Shown one piece after another: positions 9,138 through 15,052 of a stretch of DNA of 15,052 nt. Source of the DNA: Octopus sinensis (taxonomy: Eukaryota); assembly GCF_006345805.1 (NCBI RefSeq), contig NW_021825639.1:1-15052 (forward strand). Direction: 5' to 3'. Numbering within the stretch: position 1 is the stretch's first letter; the number at the start of each line of letters is the position of its first letter. The notes below the pieces were generated by a model, which worked only from the letters and a program-made list of their open reading frames with translations, searched no databases and was not told the DNA's origin. The position numbers and the translations under genes were made by a program.

Positions 9138-9190
9138 TATATATATTACAAGACAGGTCATATTAGACAATGTAGTCCTAGACACACTAT

Positions 9191-9258
9191 GCCGAACCGT
9201 TAAGTTTCAGGGACGTAAACAAACCAACACCTACTGCCAACCGGTTGTGGGAGACAAG
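9191..9258 (-). mobile_element. Degraded family A SINE tail fragment
   Basis: GCCGAACCGTTAAGTTTCAGGGACGTAAAC resembles ~149-178 and ~10902-10928. Confidence 0.6.
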
Positions 9259-9299
9259 CATACTCAAAGATGCTTTGCACGAAAAAGCACCAACCAATC

Positions 9300-9522
9300 G
9301 TGGCCATTTGCCAGCCTGCCCTGGCCCCTGTGCCGGCGGCACGTAAAAAAAACACCCACTACACTCATAGAGTGGTTGGCGTTAGGAAGGGCATCCAGCT
9401 GTAGAAACACTGCTAAATCAGACTAGAGCCTGGTGCAGCCTCTATGGCTTACCAGAACCCGGTCGAACCGTCCAACCTATGCTAGCATGGAAAACAGACG
9501 TTAAATGATGATGATGAATGAT
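9300..9522 (+). mobile_element. 5'-truncated SINE (family D) with (ATG)n tail
   Basis: GGTTGGCGTTAGGAAGGGCATCCAGCTGTAGAAAC core and GACGTTAAATGATGATGATGA tail; homologous inverted copy at 11986-12190. Confidence 0.82.
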
Positions 9523-9768
9523 GTGATGTGTGTATGTGTGTAGGTAGTTAGTGTAAATCCCAGGTGTTTCCTCTTGAAGCACACCTGCGGATTCTATTAT
9601 TACGATCCAATATGCGGTTTCAGTTGTTGATGCATGTTTCTTCAAAATGCGTATCAAAATTAAAGAATTATGAAAATATTATATGCAGAGTTATTGTGTA
9701 ACGAAATATATCATAAAAATCAAAAAAAACCTCAAAAACCTGAAAATGTCCAAGTTCCTGTTTTTTAT

Positions 9769-9805
9769 TTATTCTTTTACTTCTCTCAGTCATTAGACTG
9801 CACCA
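9769..9805 (-). mobile_element. Extreme 3' end of a family A SINE
   Basis: TTCTTTTACTTCTCTCAGTCATTAGACTGC resembles ~26-58. Confidence 0.55.
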
Positions 9806-9807
9806 AC

Positions 9808-9812
9808 ATATA

Positions 9813-9858
<46 letters not shown>

Positions 9859-9867
9859 ATATATTAT

Positions 9868-9909
<42 letters not shown>

Positions 9910-10003
9910 CAATATATATATATATACATATATGTATATGCATATATATGTATATATATAAATACATACATACATACATCATATATATATATATATATAT
10001 ATA
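9808..10003. repeat. (TA)n microsatellite
   Basis: Directly visible. Confidence 0.92.
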
Positions 10004-10005
10004 CA

Positions 10006-10180
10006 TAAAGGGAAAGTTTATGAAAATAAACAAAAGACGAAGACAGGTGGAGTACAAACAAACAAATGTATTAGTATAGCGCTCAGGAATAGAAAAAGTC
10101 TTTTACGTTTCGAGCCTACGCTCTTTGACAGAAAGATACAAAAAACAAGGAGAGAAAAAAATGCGTGTATGAGCAAAACG
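10006..10180 (-). mobile_element. ~175-bp dispersed element, probably Penelope-like-element-derived, copy 1
   Basis: Homologous to 11293-11471 in inverted orientation; contains a hammerhead-like motif; its 3' end abuts (TA)n in both copies. Confidence 0.65.
10099..10136 (-). ncRNA. Putative minimal type-I hammerhead ribozyme-like motif (this copy has G8A)
   Basis: UCUUU-CUGUCAA-A-GAGC(GUAG)GCUC-GAAA-CGU-A-AAAGA: stem I UCUUU/AAAGA, stem II GAGC/GCUC, palindromic ACGU stem III, GUA cleavage triplet. Confidence 0.55.
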
Positions 10181-10576
10181 CCCCCTCCCCGTCCAATGGA
10201 CGGTGCTGAGTTGTCAAACATTTAAACCATATTTTCTCAAAACAGTCCGACCGTCCCATAGGCCTCCCCTTTGAGAAACACTGATTTAACCTAAATTTGA
10301 GAAACCAGCAAAAGAAGAAATAAAGATAGGCTTTTTTTCTGTTCCAAAGAAAAACGATTTTATTCACAGAAAATATGCAACCGAAGAGTTTAAAGTACCA
10401 GTTATGATAAGGCTGTTGACTGGGAGAACACAAACATGGTTTAAACAGTAAGCTTGGCAGGAAAGAAACGTGCCTTTAAGCAGTACAAGAACAACAAAAA
10501 ATCGAAGGTGCAGTTATGCACAGGTTGACGGAAGAAAAGCAGGACAAAAACAGCATTATCGATCGCATTCTCACCT

Positions 10577-10722
10577 GGAATCGATTTTTGTAATTTTTTC
10601 AAGACTTATACACGCCCTGATACCGTCGGGATCTACATAAAAAATTTGAGCGCAATCGGATGGAGGATGCCCAAGATCCTAGAAGACACACACACAGACA
10701 GACAGAACGGATTTTATATAAT
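10577..10722 (-). mobile_element. Probable 5' part of another Helitron-like element
   Basis: Minus strand TTATATAAAATCCGTTCTGTCTGTCTGTGTGTG...CCGATTGCGCTCAAATTTT resembles the 5' organisation of the other Helitrons here; no 3' CTAG end was found. Confidence 0.4.
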
Positions 10723-10774
10723 ATATATATATATATACACACATATATATGTATGTATATATAAATACATCAAA

Positions 10775-11009
10775 TTCTTTTATTCCTTTACTTGTTTCAG
10801 TCATTTGACTGCAGCCATGCTGGAGCAACGCCTATAGTCGAGCAAATCGACCCCAGGACTTATTCTTTGTAAGCCTAGTACCTATTCTATCAGTCTATTT
10901 TGCCGAACCGCTAAGTTACGGGACGTAAGCACACCAGCATCAGTTGTCAAGCGATGTTGGTGGGGGGGGGACACAGACATAGACACATATATATATATAT
11001 ACATATATA

Positions 11010-11084
<75 letters not shown>

Positions 11085-11156
11085 TAAACTTCTTTCAGTT
11101 TCCGTCTGACAATCCACTCACAGGTTTTGTCGGCCGAGGAGGCTATAGTAGAAGAC
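10775..11156 (-). mobile_element. Family A SINE, 5'-truncated, with longer internal (TA)n
   Basis: Tail and body homologous to 16-340; microsatellite at ~10972-11085. Confidence 0.88.
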
Positions 11157-11292
11157 GTGTGTGTGTGTATTTATATTTATGTATGCAAGTATATATACAT
11201 GTGCCTTTATATATATATATACATATACATACATATATATATAGAGAGAGAGAGTGAGAGAGACATATATATATATGGACGCCATGATAGAT

Positions 11293-11471
11293 CGTTAGCT
11301 CCCACACGCATTTTTTTCTCTCCTTGTTTTTTTCTGTGTTCCTTTCTGTCGAAGAGCGTAGGCTCGAAATGTAAAAGAATTTTTGTATTCCTGAGCGCTA
11401 TACTAATACATCTGTTTGTTTTGTACTCCACCTGCCTTCGTCTTTTGTTTATTTTCGCAAATATCCCTTTA
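11293..11471 (+). mobile_element. ~175-bp Penelope-like-derived element, copy 2
   Basis: Inverted homologue of 10006-10180. Confidence 0.65.
11342..11377 (+). ncRNA. Putative minimal hammerhead ribozyme-like motif (this copy has C15.2U)
   Basis: CUUU-CUGUCGA-A-GAGC(GUAG)GCUC-GAAA-UGU-A-AAAG. Confidence 0.55.
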
Positions 11472-11985
11472 CATATATATATATATATATGCATATATAT
11501 GTGTATGTATATATATATATATGTATAAATATGTGTGTGTGTGTGTATGTATGGATGCATATGTATTACCTTATTCATCTGCATTATGTATATGCATATA
11601 CGTAGAGAGTCACATACGCATGCACAGATATGCACATACACACACACACACATTTATGTTGACTACATTAAAGAAATGAATTCATTATCATAATTAAATT
11701 GATTCTCGTTAATGACACCGTTAAAAGCGGCAGCCATACTCACAGCCAGCACACACACACACACATGCACCAACATTCACACACACATACACACACATGC
11801 AGCAACATGCACACACATACACACACCACGTCTTACTTTTCTATTTCTCTGTGACGCTCTACCTGACGCTTGCTGTTGTCAATAAGCGTGTGTGTATGTA
11901 TGTGTATGCGTTTGTGTGTGTATGTGTGAGGTGAGGCTTTGAAAGTCAAACACTTTTATAAATAAGAGTTCATCTGCACAGGCAG

Positions 11986-12190
11986 ATCATCATCATCACC
12001 ATCGTTTAACGTCTGCTTTCCATGCTAGCATGGGTTGGACGGTTTGACTGAGGGCTGGCGAACCAGATGACTGCACCAGGCTCCAATCTTGATCTGGCAG
12101 AGTTTCTACAGCTGGATGCCCTTCCTAACGCCAACCACTCCGAGCGTGTAGTGGGTGCTTTTTACGTGCCACCGGCACAGGGGGTCCAGT
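11986..12190 (-). mobile_element. Family D SINE, 5'-truncated
   Basis: (ATC)n tail on the plus strand and core homologous to 9300-9522. Confidence 0.82.
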
Positions 12191-12239
12191 CAGGCGGTGC
12201 AGGGGCATTGAAGAAAAGTGGGGCGATAAAGGGGTAGCC

Positions 12240-12432
12240 AAAACGGGACGATTTATGTAAACACAACAAAATAATGGGTTCGATAGGTTAATTTTATTTG
12301 TGGAATACAAATGCTTTGAATTTGCTTCAGAAAGAGGTCTATGTTTGTGATGGTTAGTTGGGGTGAAGCGGCACTTGGAATGTGACCTGGGCACCAAGGG
12401 GACGGCAGCCCGAAACGGTTTGGGAACCACGG
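12240..12432. mobile_element. Probable hAT (Charlie-like) MITE end
   Basis: The right end reads CCGTGGTTCCCAAAC on the minus strand (cf. the Charlie-type TIR CAGTGGTTCCCAAAC) and is followed by ATCTAAAG, similar to the NTCTAGAN target. Left end uncertain. Confidence 0.5.
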
Positions 12433-12540
12433 ATCTAAAGTGCTCCAGCTCCAATAATCCTGTCTTTTATTCGGACATGTGATTTTGAGGGAGAAATTTA
12501 ACATCCATTTCTAACATGATACATGGCCTCATATAGGCCA

Positions 12541-12780
12541 TGTGTGTGTGTAAGGTTGTGTGCGTGTGTGGTTGTGTGCGTGTGTTTGTGTATGTGTTTG
12601 TGTGTGGTTGTGTGTTTGTGCGTGTGTGGTTGTGTTTGTGTGTATGTGTGTTTGTGCGTGTGTGTTTGTGTGTATGTGGTTGTGTGTTTGTGCGTGTGTG
12701 GTTGTGTTTCTGTGTTTGTGCATGTGTTTGTGTGTATGTGGTTGTTTGTGCGTGTATGTGTGTGTGAGTGTTTATACGCA
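12541..12780. repeat. (TG)n-derived minisatellite (GTGTTTGTGCGTGTGTGGTT-like units)
   Basis: Directly visible. Confidence 0.85.
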
Positions 12781-13139
12781 TGTATGGTGTTATGTATGGA
12801 TTCCGCTTGTAGATTTTCGTGATTGCGCATGCGTATAAGTATATTGTGCAATGGCGGTTATATAAGATTTTTGATGTAGTTTAAACAAATTTATTCTTTT
12901 ATTTTTCATACCTTTCTTTTCTTTCGGGCAAACATGGATGTGTGAGTATATATATGTGCATTGAACACGTATGTGTGTTCATTTGTACTACAAAAGAGAG
13001 AGAGAGAGAGTGGGGAGGGTTGTGTGTAAGTGTGTGCGTGTGCGGCATTGTGTGTGTGAGTGCGTGCGCGCATGTGCGTAATGGTGTGTCTCTGTCTGTG
13101 TATGAGTATGTGTACTATCGAATTTGTAAGAATGTTATA

Positions 13140-13142
13140 CAG

Positions 13143-13173
<31 letters not shown>

Positions 13174-13747
13174 TACACGCATACAAACATACATATATAT
13201 ACACATACATGCATACATACACGCATACGTATATACATATATATATACATACATACCTGCACACATACACGTATACATGCATACATGCAAATATACATAT
13301 ATAGGAACCTATATACATGCATACATATATACATATATGCACATATATACGTACATACAAACACATATATATACATACATACATAAATACATGCACACAA
13401 ACACGCATATATATACATACAAACATACACATATATACATACATACGTAAGTACATACATCCATACATATATGCATGTATGTACCTACATACAAACGTAC
13501 ATGCAAATATACATACATACGTACGTATATACAAACATTTGTACATATATACATACAAACATACACATATATACATACATACGTAAGTACATACGTACAT
13601 ACATACATATGTAATACAAGCACACATACATAAGCATACATAGTAACATATACACACATAGGCGTATGGGAATACAAATTTTCGAACATGCATATATACA
13701 TTATACAAACATGAATACATAGATACTTAAATATACATCCAGCACGC

Positions 13748-13778
<31 letters not shown>

Positions 13779-13860
13779 AATTAATAAATAAAAAAACATA
13801 TGCATATATACTACATATATGTACGTACCCTCTCTACATGTATATATACATGCATATATG
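13140..13860. repeat. Compound (TA)n/(TACA)n microsatellite field
   Basis: Directly visible. Confidence 0.88.
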
Positions 13861-14306
13861 GGTACAGGACACCAAAAAAAAACGTCGAACACAATGAGAA
13901 ACGAAAACACAAAACCAAGGAAATGGACATTTTTCTTAAACAACGAAAAAATAGAGTACAGGACATACAAAACAAGGAAAATTCCCCTTCTTCAGTCGCC
14001 TTAGTTTCATCTACTCCTGAACACCCATATATACATATGTACATACGTATTCATACAGACACAGTAAGAATTGGTGTAGTTTATATATTTAATATGCCAG
14101 AAAGCATATTTACGTTCGGAGTGCGTATATCGAGTATCGTTGTCTCTTACGAGGTTTCGTTTTACGAACCCTTCTGTTCGTTAAACAAACACACTTGTAC
14201 AAACAGAAGACTGAAATTTCTGAGACAGACCCAATCATGTTCTTGGGTTTTGTAGAAGGCCAATGAACCAACAACTGGAACTGTGAACGGCTCAAGACAT
14301 AGATAA

Positions 14307-14698
14307 TCTTTATATATAAAAGTGAAGTTGTGTGTCTGTCTCCTACGATTTAGATTCCTAACTACTCCCACATTTTGCGGTGCAGTTTAACCAAAACCGG
14401 GTATCTTATAGTCGTGATTCATATCGAGCCCTTCTGGGTATTAGCGCGTGTCTACGATGAGTCTACGATTTAAAAAAAAAATTCCCATCATTTTTTCCCA
14501 TTTTTAATGCATTTTTGGCATATATAAGGAAAGTAACTCTCTAAAAATGTTTAATTTAATCTCAGAACGTAAAAAGCTACAGTAACACCCCCCTTTGTGA
14601 TTAGCCATATTGAGATGGCTATTATACTTTACATCTCTAAAAATGCTTATATAGTTATTTCCCTTACAAACCCGAACAACGCCGGGCGATACTGCTAG
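14307..14698 (+). mobile_element. Non-autonomous Helitron, copy 2 (same family as 8628-9137)
   Basis: A|TCTTTATATATAAAAG 5' end, hairpin at 14671-14686, CTAG|T 3' end; shares both terminal modules with copy 1. Confidence 0.88.
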
Positions 14699-14706
14699 TT
14701 ATATAT

Positions 14707-14850
14707 GTTTGTGGTAAGAAGCTTTCTTCCAAAATCTCGTGGTTCAGTTTCACTGCGTGACACCTTGAGCAAGTGTCTTCTACTATAGCGTCTGATCGAT
14801 CAAAGACTTTTGAGTGGATGTGGTAGGTGGAAACTGAAAGAAGCTTATCG
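14707..14850 (+). mobile_element. Family A SINE head and body, diverged, lacking the tail module
   Basis: GTGGTAAG...GGTTCAGTTTCAC...CCTTGAGCAAGTGTCTTC...GGAAACTGAAAGAAGCTT homologous to 264-410; stops at a short TATG repeat. Confidence 0.8.
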
Positions 14851-14866
14851 TATGTATGTAACATAT

Positions 14867-15052
14867 GTGCGAAAAGTCTGGCTGCATCTGAAAAAATATA
14901 TATTATGGAAACAAAATTAAACACAAAATTTATTACACGAATTTGTTACCACCGCGGCAGTCAACTATTTGACGCCGAACACGAGTTTCATGTTGAATAC
15001 ATCCACGAATTTTCCGCCTCAGATAGATCTTCTTCAAGACTGCAAAATGGCT
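14867..15052. mobile_element. Possible terminal fragment of a Tc1/mariner-like element
   Basis: GTGCGAAAAGTCTGGC loosely resembles mariner TIRs, with AATAAA on the minus strand nearby. Weak, and cut by the window edge. Confidence 0.25.

Noticed and set aside
9561-9587. CAGGTGT/ACACCTG hairpin (also 3890-3919 and 10189-10203) as a structured RNA
   Set aside because: Stems of 6-7 bp are expected by chance in 15 kb and are too short for a pre-miRNA.
10310-10570. Possible coding exon in unique sequence
   Set aside because: The frames I checked contain stops and give no recognisable peptide.
12824-12860. NRF1-like TGCGCATGCGTA and nearby ATGGCGG as a promoter
   Set aside because: Short motifs easily generated in TG/CA-rich DNA; no supporting CpG island or downstream gene.
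13861-14017. Another hammerhead (CUGAAGA on the minus strand at 13989-13995)
   Set aside because: No correctly placed GAAA or stem III; at most a fragment of a dispersed repeat.
13800-14295. 151-aa plus-strand and 61-aa minus-strand ORFs over a CpG-rich patch
   Set aside because: The 151-aa ORF starts in microsatellite; neither protein is recognisable and there is no clear splice context.

Overview
Eukaryotic, repeat-saturated non-coding DNA (intergenic or intronic). The tRNA-derived SINE families and dense (TA/CA/TACA)n microsatellites look cephalopod (Octopus-like) to me; this is inferred from remembered family sequences, not from a search. No host gene is supported. The only real protein remnant is a 5'-truncated RTE/BovB-clade LINE (1169-1624); the other ORFs I examined are microsatellite or repeat artefacts. 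Notable structure: (i) a three-level nest of SINE, SINE trimer and LINE with both target-site duplications readable (500-1709); (ii) a TIR element whose left end is amplified into a 6-unit array with a 734-bp higher-order period and which carries (CCCTAA)4 (4382-6029); (iii) a V-SINE-like element whose conserved hairpin is amplified ten times as a 68-bp minisatellite (7292-7967); (iv) two Helitron copies with shared ends but different internal modules; (v) two copies of a ~175-bp element carrying a minimal, Penelope-type hammerhead-ribozyme-like fold with a shared non-canonical U at core position 6 (10099-10136 minus, 11342-11377 plus); (vi) three concentric inverted repeat pairs across 8628-14698.
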